Source: Candidatus Gastranaerophilales bacterium
GTDB lineage: Bacteria; Cyanobacteriota; Vampirovibrionia; Gastranaerophilales; Gastranaerophilaceae
Direction of reading: 5' to 3'
DNA length: 63,032 nucleotides
NCBI GenBank assembly: GCA_944324055.1
Contig: CALUUV010000001.1
Location: 1-63,032 of the forward strand
The translations under genes and the position numbers were made by a program. This document shows, piece after piece, positions 1-9,744 of this stretch; position 1 is the stretch's first letter, and each line of letters starts with the position of its first letter. Under the pieces are notes generated by a model that saw only the letters and a list, made by a program, of their open reading frames with translations, made no database searches and was not told the DNA's origin.

Positions 1-2226
1 TTAGAAAGATTAAATGCAATAAAATCAAACTATACAGCTAATAAAGAATCAATAGAGCTTCAAGTTGAAACATTAACTCAAGAGTTAGCAGATTGTAAAA
101 TGATTCAACAAAGTGCAATGCACGACTTAGATATTGTTAAAAATGAACTTGAAGATATTGAATACGATATTCAAGCTGCAAGCAAAAAAATCTATATGAT
201 GGAAGCTAATAAACAAGCATCTGAAGAAGCAAACTTAGGCCATACTGTACAGACTGTTATGGATGCGAATTTAGATGGTGTTCATGCTCCATTAGTGAAA
301 TTAGGAAATGTTGATAAGGAATATTCATTAGCATTAGAAATTGCAGTTGGTGGTAGAATGTCTCACATTGTTGTTGATGATGAAGATGTTGCTGCAAGAG
401 CTATTGAAATCTTGAAATCTTCTAATGCTGGTCGTGCAACATTTATTCCTTTAAATAGGGTAATAAAAGCACCTTCAAGACTTAATTTACCTAGAGAAAA
501 AGGTGTTATTGATTTTGCAATAAACTTGATAGATTTTGATGATGAATATTTGAACGCGTTTTATTATGCAGTAGGTGAAACACTTGTTGTAGAAGATAGA
601 CACGTTGCTAAGAAGCTTATCGGCAAATATAGAATGGTTACACTTGATGGCTCTTTATTTGAAAAATCAGGTTCAATTTCTGGTGGTTCACAAAAACGTA
701 CAGGTTTAAAATTTACTGTAAATGACGATGATGAACTTGAAAAATATAAATCAAAATTAAATGAACTTGAAAAGAAACGTCAAGAATTAGTAAGTAAGAA
801 AAAAGATTTAGAAGCTAAATTAGAAAAAGTAAGAACTGATTATTCAAATGCAATGAATGAATGTTCAAAGGCAAAAGTTGAATTAGCTTCATTAAATACA
901 AATTATGAGTCTTCTCAAACACAACAAGAAGAAAAAGAAAAGTTAATCAAGGATGCAGAACCTGCGATTGCTAAGTTGACTGCTGAACTCGATAAAATGG
1001 AAGTAGAACATGTTAAGTTCTTAGAAAAAGAAGCAGAGTATCAAGCTCAGATAGATGAAATTGAAAAATTAATGAACGAAGGCGATTTGAAAAAGCTTAA
1101 GGAACAAACTGAAGGGGTAGAACATGAAATCAAACGCCTTGAAACAATGAAATTAAATGCAAATAATGATATTAATGTTGCAAAGCAAAGAATTGCATTT
1201 AATGAAACAACAATTGCTACTCAAAAAGAAAATATTGAAAGAGCAATTAAGAATAATGAAGAAAGTGAAAAAGATAAAGTTCAATTACAAGAAGATATTA
1301 AAGTCTTAAAAGTTAAGCTAGAAGAATATGAAGTTCAAATTAATGAAATAAAAGAGAAATTAGGGGCTTTATTAAAAGAACGTGATGAAATTAATAATCA
1401 GTTAGTAAATTTAAAAACTAAAAAGAATTTAAAAATGTCTGAAATTGAAAATATTTCAGAACAAATCGAGTCATTTAAAGCAAGACGTAGAGAGTTAGAA
1501 CCACAATTGGAAGATGTAAGAAAAGAGCTTGAAGAAGCAGGTATAGAAATTGGTCATCTTACACCTCCAGAAATGAGCGAAGAAGAAATTAATGCAAAAA
1601 TTCAACGTTTATCAAAACGTATGGATGATTTAGGTAATGTTAATATGAGAGCTTTGGAAGAATATGAAGAAGTTCTTGCACGTGAAACTGTTTTAAAAGA
1701 ACAAATTGAAACATTAACTAAAGAAAGATTACAATTATTAGAAAAAATGGGTGGATATGAACAAGATAAAAAAGAAGCGTTCATGAAAACTTATAATAAT
1801 ATTAATGATAACTTTAAGGATATTTTCCACAAGTTATCAGATGGAGAAGGAACTTTAATTCTACAAGAGCCAGAATCTCCATTTACAGGTGGGTTAACTA
1901 TTGAGGCTCAACCTAGAGATAAGAAAAAACAAAGATTAGAAGGTATGTCTGGTGGTGAAAAATCATTAACAGCATTAGCATTTGTATTTGCAATCCAAAG
2001 ATACATGCCTGCACCATTCTATGCATTTGACGAGGTTGATGCGAACTTGGATGGTATAAATGTAGAAAAATTAGCACATATTGTTCAATCTCAATCAAAA
2101 GATACGCAATTTATAGTAGTTAGTCATAGAAAACCTATGATAGAATCAGCTAATAGAACAATAGGTGTTACTCAAAAAGAAAAAGGTATCTCTAAAGTTA
2201 CTGGTGTGAAATTAAGAGACGAATAA
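1..2226 (+). CDS. smc: chromosome segregation protein SMC, C-terminal part (5' end outside window)
   Basis: Frame 1 is open from nt 1, so the track Met at 100 is internal. Hinge-like segment (GRATFIPLN), then about 400 aa of E/K/L/Q-rich coiled coil. ABC signature plus Walker B/D-loop follow (MSGGEKSLTALAFVFAIQRYMPAPFYAFDEVDANLD). scpA-scpB lie directly downstream. Confidence 0.93.
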   Translation, partial: LERLNAIKSNYTANKESIELQVETLTQELADCKMIQQSAMHDLDIVKNELEDIEYDIQAASKKIYMMEANKQASEEANLGHTVQTVMDANLDGVHAPLVKLGNVDKEYSLALEIAVGGRMSHIVVDDEDVAARAIEILKSSNAGRATFIPLNRVIKAPSRLNLPREKGVIDFAINLIDFDDEYLNAFYYAVGETLVVEDRHVAKKLIGKYRMVTLDGSLFEKSGSISGGSQKRTGLKFTVNDDDELEKYKSKLNELEKKRQELVSKKKDLEAKLEKVRTDYSNAMNECSKAKVELASLNTNYESSQTQQEEKEKLIKDAEPAIAKLTAELDKMEVEHVKFLEKEAEYQAQIDEIEKLMNEGDLKKLKEQTEGVEHEIKRLETMKLNANNDINVAKQRIAFNETTIATQKENIERAIKNNEESEKDKVQLQEDIKVLKVKLEEYEVQINEIKEKLGALLKERDEINNQLVNLKTKKNLKMSEIENISEQIESFKARRRELEPQLEDVRKELEEAGIEIGHLTPPEMSEEEINAKIQRLSKRMDDLGNVNMRALEEYEEVLARETVLKEQIETLTKERLQLLEKMGGYEQDKKEAFMKTYNNINDNFKDIFHKLSDGEGTLILQEPESPFTGGLTIEAQPRDKKKQRLEGMSGGEKSLTALAFVFAIQRYMPAPFYAFDEVDANLDGINVEKLAHIVQSQSKDTQFIVVSHRKPMIESANRTIGVTQKEKGISKVTGVKLRDE

Positions 2227-2243
2227 AAGGGAAATAGGGGTTA

Positions 2244-3134
2244 ATGACAGAGGCATTTGATTTAGAATTTAATAATATCAATCCTGAAAACAAAGAAGTT
2301 GATGGGATAGAAATTCTTGTACAAATGGCAAAACAAGGTAAGATTGATCCTTGGAATATTGATATTATTGATGTAACAGATAAATATCTTACTCATTTGT
2401 TCCAAAGTAAGGCTCAAAACCTTCGATTAACAGGAAGAACTCTTTTATTTGCATCAATTCTTTTAAAATTAAAATCAAATATTTTAGAAGGTGTTGAGTT
2501 ATCTGATTTTGATCCGCAACCAGAAGAACCTGATTTAGAGTTTGATGATGATACTTTAGATTATGATAGTGAATATATTCCAACAAATAATGTTGTGTCT
2601 ATTGATGAAGTATTACAAAGAAGAACTAGTGTAAGGTTAAATCGTAATAGAGTTGTAACATTAAGAGACTTAATCAGACAATTAGAATTCTATGAAATGC
2701 TTGATAAGAAGCAATCATTACGAAATGCTCATGAAAGAGCAAAGCGTAGAGTTAAAAATTATTCTAATTTATCACCTGAAGACATTATTAATTTAGCACA
2801 TGATGAATATATTGAAAAAGGTGTTGAAAGATTAAGGGCGAATCTTGAGGAAATATTAAATCGTCAAGATAAAATTGAATTGAATGAATTAACTTTATTA
2901 GGAATGGATAGAATATCTGCATATATATCTTTATTATTCTTAACAGCAGAAAGTAATTATGATTTGGTTCAAGATGAATTCTATTCAGATTTATATGTAA
3001 TAAGACGCGAAGAAATATCAGATACTGATAAAGTAATCGCAGCGAACGTATTACAAGATTCAGTTGATTCAGTTGTAGATATGGTAGATAGTTTAGCAGA
3101 GGGACAAAATGGAACAGTTGAAATCAAGGATTGA
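2244..3134 (+). CDS. scpA: segregation and condensation protein A (kleisin)
   Basis: 296 aa with N-terminal kleisin-type helix IEILVQMAKQGKIDPWNIDIIDVTDKYL. Starts 18 nt after the smc stop and overlaps scpB, giving the canonical smc-scpA-scpB order. Confidence 0.85.
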   Translation: MTEAFDLEFNNINPENKEVDGIEILVQMAKQGKIDPWNIDIIDVTDKYLTHLFQSKAQNLRLTGRTLLFASILLKLKSNILEGVELSDFDPQPEEPDLEFDDDTLDYDSEYIPTNNVVSIDEVLQRRTSVRLNRNRVVTLRDLIRQLEFYEMLDKKQSLRNAHERAKRRVKNYSNLSPEDIINLAHDEYIEKGVERLRANLEEILNRQDKIELNELTLLGMDRISAYISLLFLTAESNYDLVQDEFYSDLYVIRREEISDTDKVIAANVLQDSVDSVVDMVDSLAEGQNGTVEIKD

Positions 3135-3624
3135 AGCAGTTTTATTTACTACCGCTAAAGTCCTTCATGTAAAAGATATAGCAGAAATATTAGAAGAGGA
3201 TCCAGAAAAAGTAGAAGAGGCTTTATTAGAGCTTATTATGGATTATTCTTCAAGAGATGGTGCATTAGAAATTGATGATGAAGATGGGTATATTCTTCAG
3301 GTAAAAGAAGAACATATGGATATTGTGGAAAAACTTTGTCCTGTTGAATTAAAGCCACCAGTACTTAAGACTTTAACTGTAATTGCACTGAAAGAACCTA
3401 TCCGTCAATCATATTTAAAAGAATTACGTTCAAATGCTTATGAACATGTACAAGAATTATTAGATAAAGGTTTAATTTCAAGAACAAAAGACAAAAATGG
3501 TCGTTCATTTAATATCAGAACAACTCCTAAATTTGCAGAATATTTTAAGCTAAAAGGTGATTTAAGAAGTTTAATGAAATCTGATATTAATAAATTGTTA
3601 GCGACATCAACTTCTGGCGATTAA
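3109..3624 (+). CDS. scpB: segregation and condensation protein B
   Basis: 171 aa. The N-terminus RIEAVLFTTAKVLHVKDIAEIL is typical of ScpB winged-helix proteins. Its start overlaps the scpA 3' end by 26 nt. Confidence 0.85.
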   Translation: MEQLKSRIEAVLFTTAKVLHVKDIAEILEEDPEKVEEALLELIMDYSSRDGALEIDDEDGYILQVKEEHMDIVEKLCPVELKPPVLKTLTVIALKEPIRQSYLKELRSNAYEHVQELLDKGLISRTKDKNGRSFNIRTTPKFAEYFKLKGDLRSLMKSDINKLLATSTSGD

Positions 3625-3714
3625 TTCATATAACTTAATATTCTTAATTAAAAACGCAATAATCTTAAAAAAAATGTTTTTATATTATTGAGTTAAGTTA
3701 ATTAAGGGAATATT

Positions 3715-5751
3715 ATGTCAGGGAATTTGATTGATAATAAAGTTAAGCAATATCAACAGCAACAAGTTCAACAACCTGTTTTACAACAACAGCCCTATGT
3801 TGGTTATCCTGTAAATTCTACTGGTGTAAAACAAACTGTTGATACTACTCCACAAGCTGATACTTATGGCACCCCTGAGAAAAATGATAAATTAAAACCT
3901 TTATTAGTTTTAGCTTCTTGGTTCGGATTGAATAAATCGATGGATTTATTTAATAAAAATTGTTCAAAAGATGTTTATGAAAAAACAATAATGGGTAGAT
4001 TAGGAAGCTTTGGTGATAGAGTAGCAGCAAAAGCTTCAAAAAATAGTTTCTGTACATCCGTTAGTGCAGGTTTTTCAACATTTAAAAATACAGTTAAAAA
4101 TTATATAGCTAAAAAACCAATATTAAATGCAATGTTTAATACCCCAACATTGCCTGAAAATAGTTTTGTTAAAGGTTTCATGGAAACACAACAACATGCT
4201 GATTTAAATGAAGCAGCAAGAACTATTGAAGGTTATTTAGGAGAAATGCCTAAGACCTTAAAAGAAGCTGGAGCAACAAAAGCTGAAATACAAGCTTTAC
4301 AAGCAAAATATGGTAAAGGCATATTTGGTGGTGTTAAAAATGTAAAAAAAGCAATACAAGAATTGCAATTCAATAGAGTTGGAGCTCCTGCTAACTTTAT
4401 TGATACTTTAGATCCTAAAAAGGTAGCTGAAACATTAAAAGAAATGAAGATTAAGCACTTAGGTTTGGATCCAAGTACTTATGAAACTGTATTAAAAAAT
4501 CCAACAAAATATGAAAAACTTATAACAGAAGCTTGTAAACGTGGTGGTAAAAATGCAAAGGCATTCTTTGGTAGAAATTCTTGGTTGCCATTTGTAGGAT
4601 TATTCACAAAACGTTCTACTAACTTGTCAATGAGTTATAATAAATTGATTTCAGGAACAAAACATGTTTCTAAATTAGGTAGAACATTAGCAAAAGCTCC
4701 TAAATTATTAATGCGTGGCTTAACATTTGGTGGTGGTAAGATTAATTCCTTATTCGTTGCATTTGGTTTAGGAACTGCTTTATATAATGCAGTAAAAGCT
4801 CCAAAAGAACAAAAAGTTGGAACAGCTGTTGCAGGTGGTGTTGATGCGGTATCTTGGATTGTTTCAATGCCATTAGCTATCAAGTTAATGCACGGAATTA
4901 ATGGTATTCAATATACTGGCATGAGCAAAATGCAAGTAGGCAGATATAGAGTTGCATATAGAAACTTTAAACGTATGGCTGAGGCTGGTGCATTTGCAGA
5001 TAAAGCTGCATATGATACTGCTTGGAAAGCTGTACAAAACTTGAAAAATGTATCAGGTCCACAATCTAAATTTGTTAAAGCAATGAAGAAAGTAGGTTCA
5101 TTCTTAAGTATTGCCTTAGAGACAAAACCTGCATATAAAGAAGCAACAAAAGGTCTTAAAGGTTCTGCAAAAATATCAGCAGTAACTAGAAATTTAAAAC
5201 GCATGTTACCATCATTAGGTAAGAATGCTATTGGATATCCTTTAAGATTTGCTATTTATGCATTAGCAATATCACCATTAGTTGAAAAATTAATATCAAG
5301 TTGTACAAGTGCAATCTTCGGAAAACCATATGAACCTGAAGAAGAAGCAGAAAAAGAAGGTAAAGATGCAGTAGCACAAAATCCTAGTCAAAATATTCAA
5401 CCAATGCAACCACAGCAAACTCAACCTTCTAATCCTCAACAAGTGGAACAAAAACCAGTTGTAAATACTGTTAATATTAATGATTTACCAGATGATAATT
5501 TAATAAAAAGAGAATTATCAGGTGACCATGTAATTAATCAGCCAGAAGATAGATATATTCCATCAGAAAATTGCGAAATCGAAGGTATTGTAAGCCCTTA
5601 TGATAAAGAAGAACGCTCTTATATCCCTGCTGAAGTTGCACCTACAATAAAAACAAATCAAGAGTCTGATAGATCAAAAGTAGATCAAGCAATTGCAAAT
5701 GCAGATAAGGCTGAAGCTAATGCATTGAATGTTTTAAATGGCATTTATTAA
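3715..5751 (+). CDS. hypothetical large membrane-associated protein with Gln-rich termini
   Basis: 678-aa ORF preceded by the SD-like AAGGGA. Gln-rich N-terminus (QQQQVQQPVLQQQP) and a Q/P-rich region near the C-terminus. Several hydrophobic Gly/Ala-rich spans (e.g. INSLFVAFGLGTALYNAV, VAGGVDAVSWIVSMPLAI). No recognisable catalytic motif. Confidence 0.6.
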   Translation: MSGNLIDNKVKQYQQQQVQQPVLQQQPYVGYPVNSTGVKQTVDTTPQADTYGTPEKNDKLKPLLVLASWFGLNKSMDLFNKNCSKDVYEKTIMGRLGSFGDRVAAKASKNSFCTSVSAGFSTFKNTVKNYIAKKPILNAMFNTPTLPENSFVKGFMETQQHADLNEAARTIEGYLGEMPKTLKEAGATKAEIQALQAKYGKGIFGGVKNVKKAIQELQFNRVGAPANFIDTLDPKKVAETLKEMKIKHLGLDPSTYETVLKNPTKYEKLITEACKRGGKNAKAFFGRNSWLPFVGLFTKRSTNLSMSYNKLISGTKHVSKLGRTLAKAPKLLMRGLTFGGGKINSLFVAFGLGTALYNAVKAPKEQKVGTAVAGGVDAVSWIVSMPLAIKLMHGINGIQYTGMSKMQVGRYRVAYRNFKRMAEAGAFADKAAYDTAWKAVQNLKNVSGPQSKFVKAMKKVGSFLSIALETKPAYKEATKGLKGSAKISAVTRNLKRMLPSLGKNAIGYPLRFAIYALAISPLVEKLISSCTSAIFGKPYEPEEEAEKEGKDAVAQNPSQNIQPMQPQQTQPSNPQQVEQKPVVNTVNINDLPDDNLIKRELSGDHVINQPEDRYIPSENCEIEGIVSPYDKEERSYIPAEVAPTIKTNQESDRSKVDQAIANADKAEANALNVLNGIY

Positions 5752-5812
5752 TATTTCTTAACATAAAAAGCAATTCTTACTCATATAAAAACTTTATATA
5801 AATATACGGGGA

Positions 5813-6541
5813 ATGATTATGAGTTTAAAAATTGCAGATTTATCAGGAATAAAAAAAACAATTGCTACTATGTGTGATACAAAAGCAAATGGTGGTAATG
5901 AAGATAAAACTATAAATTCAGGTAAAGAAAAAGGTTTATACGAAGCTGCAGTTGATTCAATCTCTAATAATACCTTTGTATTTAAAGGCCAAACATATTC
6001 AGCAGAAGGCTCTATCTTTACAGCAGAAGAAGAAAAAGAAGAAGAAAAAGTTCAAAATCCATTTGATTCTTCAAAATTCTTCCAACAATCATATGATTAT
6101 CAAACAACTAATAATTACGCAAAAGGTAATTATGCTTCTGTTGGTTCGGCAAAAGGTTTTTCTAATGCTTATGATGACAAAATTTTGAAATATGCAAATA
6201 AATATGGTATTGATCCTAACTATGTAAAAGCAACAATCGCTGTAGAATCAGGATTTAACGCAAATGCAGTATCATCAACAAATGATTATGGCTTAATGCA
6301 ATTAAATGCAAGATATAATGGAAAAGTTTTAAATGTAGATGAAAATTTAGATAAAGGTTGTAGATATTTAAAACAATGTTTAGATTCGTTTAATGGTGAT
6401 ATGAATAAAGCTTCAATGGGTTATAACATGGGTATTTATGGAGCTCGTAAATCAGGTGCTTCATCAAGTGCTTATTCAAGAAAAGTTGTTGCTAATTATA
6501 ACGCATTAAAAAATAATGAAAAATTCAGTATTACTGCTTAA
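5813..6541 (+). CDS. lytic transglycosylase (SLT, family 1) domain protein
   Basis: The C-terminal half carries the family-1 LT motifs: catalytic E-S (ATIAVESGFN), GLMQLN, and an AYNxG-like MGYNMG. The N-terminal ~100 aa are unknown and show no obvious signal peptide. An alternative start exists at 5819. Confidence 0.8.
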   Translation: MIMSLKIADLSGIKKTIATMCDTKANGGNEDKTINSGKEKGLYEAAVDSISNNTFVFKGQTYSAEGSIFTAEEEKEEEKVQNPFDSSKFFQQSYDYQTTNNYAKGNYASVGSAKGFSNAYDDKILKYANKYGIDPNYVKATIAVESGFNANAVSSTNDYGLMQLNARYNGKVLNVDENLDKGCRYLKQCLDSFNGDMNKASMGYNMGIYGARKSGASSSAYSRKVVANYNALKNNEKFSITA

Positions 6542-6549
6542 TTTGTCTA

Positions 6550-6558
6550 TGTTATAAT
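6550..6558 (+). promoter_or_regulatory. extended -10 promoter element (TGtTATAAT) upstream of metG
   Basis: An exact TGnTATAAT lies 27 nt upstream of the metG ATG in a 43-nt intergenic gap. No clear -35 element. Confidence 0.45.
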
Positions 6559-6584
6559 AACTTCATAAAGAAGGGATTATAATT

Positions 6585-8144
6585 ATGGATAAATTTTACA
6601 CTACAACTGCAATTGATTATGTAAATGGTGCACCTCATATTGGGCACGCTTATGAAAAGATTTTAACAGATGTTATTTTCAGACATTATACACAAAGAAC
6701 TGATAATGCTTTTTTCTTAACAGGGACTGATGAACATGGTATAAAGATTCAGAAAACTGCAGCTGAAAGAGGTATTACACCAAAAGAACTTTGTGATGAA
6801 AATTCTCAACAGTTTAAAGATGCCTGGAAAGCATTAGGTGTTGATTATAATCATTTTGTAAGAACAACAGATGATTACCATGAAAAAGTTGTTCAAAAAA
6901 TATTTAAAAAACTTGTAGAAAAAGGTGATATCTATAAACATTCATATACAGGTTTATATTGTAGTGGTTGTGAAGCGTTCTTAAATGAAAAAGATTTAAC
7001 AGAAGATGGTCTTTGTCCAGATCACTTGAAAAAACCTGAAGTAGTTTCGGAAGAAAATTATTTCTTTAAATTATCAAAATATAAAGATGCAATCATTAAG
7101 CATATAAAACAAAATCCAGATTTTATAGTTCCAGCATTCCGTGCAAACGAAGTATTAAATCAATTAGAAAATATAGAAGATATATCTGTATCAAGAGCAA
7201 AATCAAATGTATCTTGGGGTATAGATGTTTTAGATGACCCAGAACAAGTTATATATGTTTGGATTGATGCATTATCAAACTATATAACAGCAATTGGTTA
7301 TGATCCTGATGGTTCAAGCGAACAATTCAATAAATTATGGCCAGCTGATGTTCAAGTTATCGGTAAAGATATTCTTAAATTCCACAGCATTTATTGGTTA
7401 GCAATATTAATGGCATTAGATTTACCTTTACCTAAACATATATTGGCCCATGGTTGGATTACAATAGACGAAACTAAGATGTCTAAATCATTAGGTAATG
7501 TAATATCTCCTACATCAGTTTTAGAAAGTTTTGAATTACCTATTCCTGATGCATTTAGATATTATATGGCATCTGCTGCTCCTTGTGGTAAAGATGGTAA
7601 TTATTCTGATGAAGACTTTAAAGAAAAAGTAAATGCTCATTTAGCAAATTCAATGGGTAATTTATTAAATAGAACTTTATCAATGTTAGTAAAATATTTT
7701 GAAGGCGATGTTAAACCTGAATTTAAAGTAGAAACAGAGTTATCAAAACAAGCAGAACAAACAGTAAAAGACGTTATGCATCATTTTGATTACTATGAAA
7801 TCCAAGAAGCTGCTCAGAAAATAATGCAGCTTGTAGATTCTGCGAATAAATATATTACAGATTCTGAACCTTGGGCATTAGCTAAAAATGGTGAAATGGA
7901 TAAATGTGGTCAAGTTCTTACAACTGTTTTAGATGTAATGTGTATTGTATCAAGCTTGATTTATCCTTATTGCCCAAATATTGCTAAAGATATGGCAAGT
8001 CAATTATCTTATGATATAGGAACAAAACTTCAAGATTTGAGTGCTAATAATATTAAAGTTGGCCACTTAATTGATAAAGCAAATATTCACCCTGTATTCT
8101 TAAGATTGGATAGCGAACTTGCTGATAAATCTCAAAAGAAATAA
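6585..8144 (+). CDS. metG: methionine--tRNA ligase (short form, no C-terminal tRNA-binding appendix)
   Basis: Class I signatures HIGH (APHIGHAY) and KMSKS (TKMSKSLGN), plus a CxxC/Cx..H knuckle (YCSGCEAF...LCPDH). 519 aa. Confidence 0.95.
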   Translation: MDKFYTTTAIDYVNGAPHIGHAYEKILTDVIFRHYTQRTDNAFFLTGTDEHGIKIQKTAAERGITPKELCDENSQQFKDAWKALGVDYNHFVRTTDDYHEKVVQKIFKKLVEKGDIYKHSYTGLYCSGCEAFLNEKDLTEDGLCPDHLKKPEVVSEENYFFKLSKYKDAIIKHIKQNPDFIVPAFRANEVLNQLENIEDISVSRAKSNVSWGIDVLDDPEQVIYVWIDALSNYITAIGYDPDGSSEQFNKLWPADVQVIGKDILKFHSIYWLAILMALDLPLPKHILAHGWITIDETKMSKSLGNVISPTSVLESFELPIPDAFRYYMASAAPCGKDGNYSDEDFKEKVNAHLANSMGNLLNRTLSMLVKYFEGDVKPEFKVETELSKQAEQTVKDVMHHFDYYEIQEAAQKIMQLVDSANKYITDSEPWALAKNGEMDKCGQVLTTVLDVMCIVSSLIYPYCPNIAKDMASQLSYDIGTKLQDLSANNIKVGHLIDKANIHPVFLRLDSELADKSQKK

Positions 8145-8170
8145 ATTTTAAGATATAAGTTAAAGTATTA

Positions 8171-8196
8171 AAAACCTCCTTATAAAGGAGGTTTTT
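8171..8196 (+). terminator. rho-independent terminator after metG
   Basis: Perfect hairpin AAAACCTCCTT-ataa-AAGGAGGTTTT followed by a T run, 27 nt after the metG stop. Confidence 0.8.
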
Positions 8197-8311
8197 AATT
8201 AAGTGTATAAAAGTCTCTATTTCGTTTTGTATCAATTTTCTTTAAAAATGTTATAAAATATCAGAAATGTGGAAAGTAAGTAATGTAAGGATTGAAAACG
8301 AGGTGTACTCA

Positions 8312-8407
8312 ATGGTAGATTTATTACTTTTCGCATTTGTATTCTACATTTCAATAATTATGCTTCCAAGCATAATTGAAGGACACAAAACCTTACGAAA
8401 TATGTAG
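8312..8407 (+). CDS. possible 31-aa hydrophobic peptide (below ORF-track cutoff)
   Basis: Hand translation gives MVDLLLFAFVFYISIIMLPSIIEGHKTLRNM. SD-like GAGGTG lies 8 nt upstream and an extended -10 TGtTATAAA lies at 8249-8257. Support is from these signals only. Confidence 0.3.
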   Translation: MVDLLLFAFVFYISIIMLPSIIEGHKTLRNM

Positions 8408-8410
8408 TGT

Positions 8411-9031
8411 TTATTTGTGGATAAAATTTAAGATTTTAAGATTGTTACGCGGTTTATCACCATTTTTGTCTGGTAATTCGTAACACTTAACGCATCTTGC
8501 TTCATAGGTTTCGTCGCCACCTATCATAATAAGTGGTGAACTCTTGTCAGCAGGCTCTCCGTTAATTAAACGTTGAGTTCTTGTTGCGTGTTCGCATCCA
8601 CATTTCATACATACTGCTTGTAGTTTATCAATTTTTGTTGCTATACACATTAATTGTGGCATAGCTCCAAATGGTTCTGATTTGAAATCTAGTTCCAAAC
8701 CTGTACCTATAACTTTTTTACCTTCTTTCATCAAAGTAGATATTACTTTAACTATGTTTGAATCAAAAAATTGAAGTTCATCTATTGCTATAACTTCATC
8801 TTCTGGTTTTACATTTGACATTATTTGAATAGAATGTTCTATTTTTATTGCATCAGCCCATAGACCGTTTCTTGATTCAATGTAATCACCATTTGATCTT
8901 GTATCAATTTTAGGGGAAAATACTTTGATTTTTTTCTTTGCAATTACGCATCTACGAATTCGTCTTAATAATTCTTCAGTTTTTCCACAACTCATTGGAC
9001 CTGTGATTAATTCAAAACTATATCCACTCAT
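8411..9031 (-). CDS. tdk: thymidine kinase
   Basis: P-loop GPMSCGKTEEL, a DELQFF Mg site, and the C-terminal zinc ribbon of type II TKs (CMKCG...CVKC). 206 aa. Confidence 0.93.
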   Translation of the reverse strand: MSGYSFELITGPMSCGKTEELLRRIRRCVIAKKKIKVFSPKIDTRSNGDYIESRNGLWADAIKIEHSIQIMSNVKPEDEVIAIDELQFFDSNIVKVISTLMKEGKKVIGTGLELDFKSEPFGAMPQLMCIATKIDKLQAVCMKCGCEHATRTQRLINGEPADKSSPLIMIGGDETYEARCVKCYELPDKNGDKPRNNLKILNFIHK

Positions 9032-9114
9032 TTTATTAATAATCTCCCCAAAAATTTTAAATTCCCATATTAATAATAGAAAATGTTTATTGGTAGGTCA
9101 AATTTGTAATATTT

Positions 9115-9744
9115 TTAAACACATATTTTTATGTAAGAACAGTTATTACATTTTTCATTATGAATAACATTTGGTTGAGATAGCTTTTGTATGTTGTTGT
9201 AAGTTTCAATAACTTTATTTTCATATTCTTGTTTTAGAGAATCTGAAAAATTAATTATTTTTTCTGTTCCTGTTTTTACATTCAAATATACAAAATTTAG
9301 ACTCTTGTAATTTTGTATTAATTTGTCGCAGCATAACAAGTATACAATAGTTTGGAAATTATATTCTGGAGATTGTGGAATTGAACCGGTTTTATAGTCT
9401 AAAATATAAAAGTCATTATTATCATTTTTTACCAGTGCATCAATTCTTCCACCAATCCAAAAATTATTAATTTTAGCTGAAATATTAGATTCTACTTCAA
9501 TTGGCTTAAGTTTAAAATAATGTGAAGTTGATAATTTATTCCACATTTCTTTTTCAGCTTCAGTTAGTGTAAATAAATCAATATTTTGTCCTTTTAGATA
9601 GTAAGCCGCTAAAGCATGAATATTCTTCCCTAAGATAAAAGAGTTATCTAGTTGAGGGATATTAATATTTTTCATGTACCTAAAAAAGTATTTTACAGGA
9701 CATTCAACAAAAGTATTTAACATCTGAGGAGAATAAATATTCAT
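9115..9744 (-). CDS. PD-(D/E)XK nuclease, Cas4/AddB-like with 4-Cys cluster
   Basis: One N-terminal Cys (VECPVKYFFRY) plus a C-terminal CNNCSYIKIC, giving the C...CxxCx5C Fe-S pattern of Cas4/AddB nucleases. Nuclease core GRIDAL...ILDYKTG (D...D-x-K). The start shares 1 nt with the stop of the upstream PfkB gene. Confidence 0.7.
   Translation of the reverse strand: MNIYSPQMLNTFVECPVKYFFRYMKNINIPQLDNSFILGKNIHALAAYYLKGQNIDLFTLTEAEKEMWNKLSTSHYFKLKPIEVESNISAKINNFWIGGRIDALVKNDNNDFYILDYKTGSIPQSPEYNFQTIVYLLCCDKLIQNYKSLNFVYLNVKTGTEKIINFSDSLKQEYENKVIETYNNIQKLSQPNVIHNEKCNNCSYIKICV

Noticed and set aside
5952-6188. 78-aa same-strand alternative-frame ORF inside the SLT gene containing a poly-Lys run
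   Set aside because: It is produced by the GAA/AAA-rich stretch that encodes EEEKEEEK in the real frame, and it has no independent start signals.
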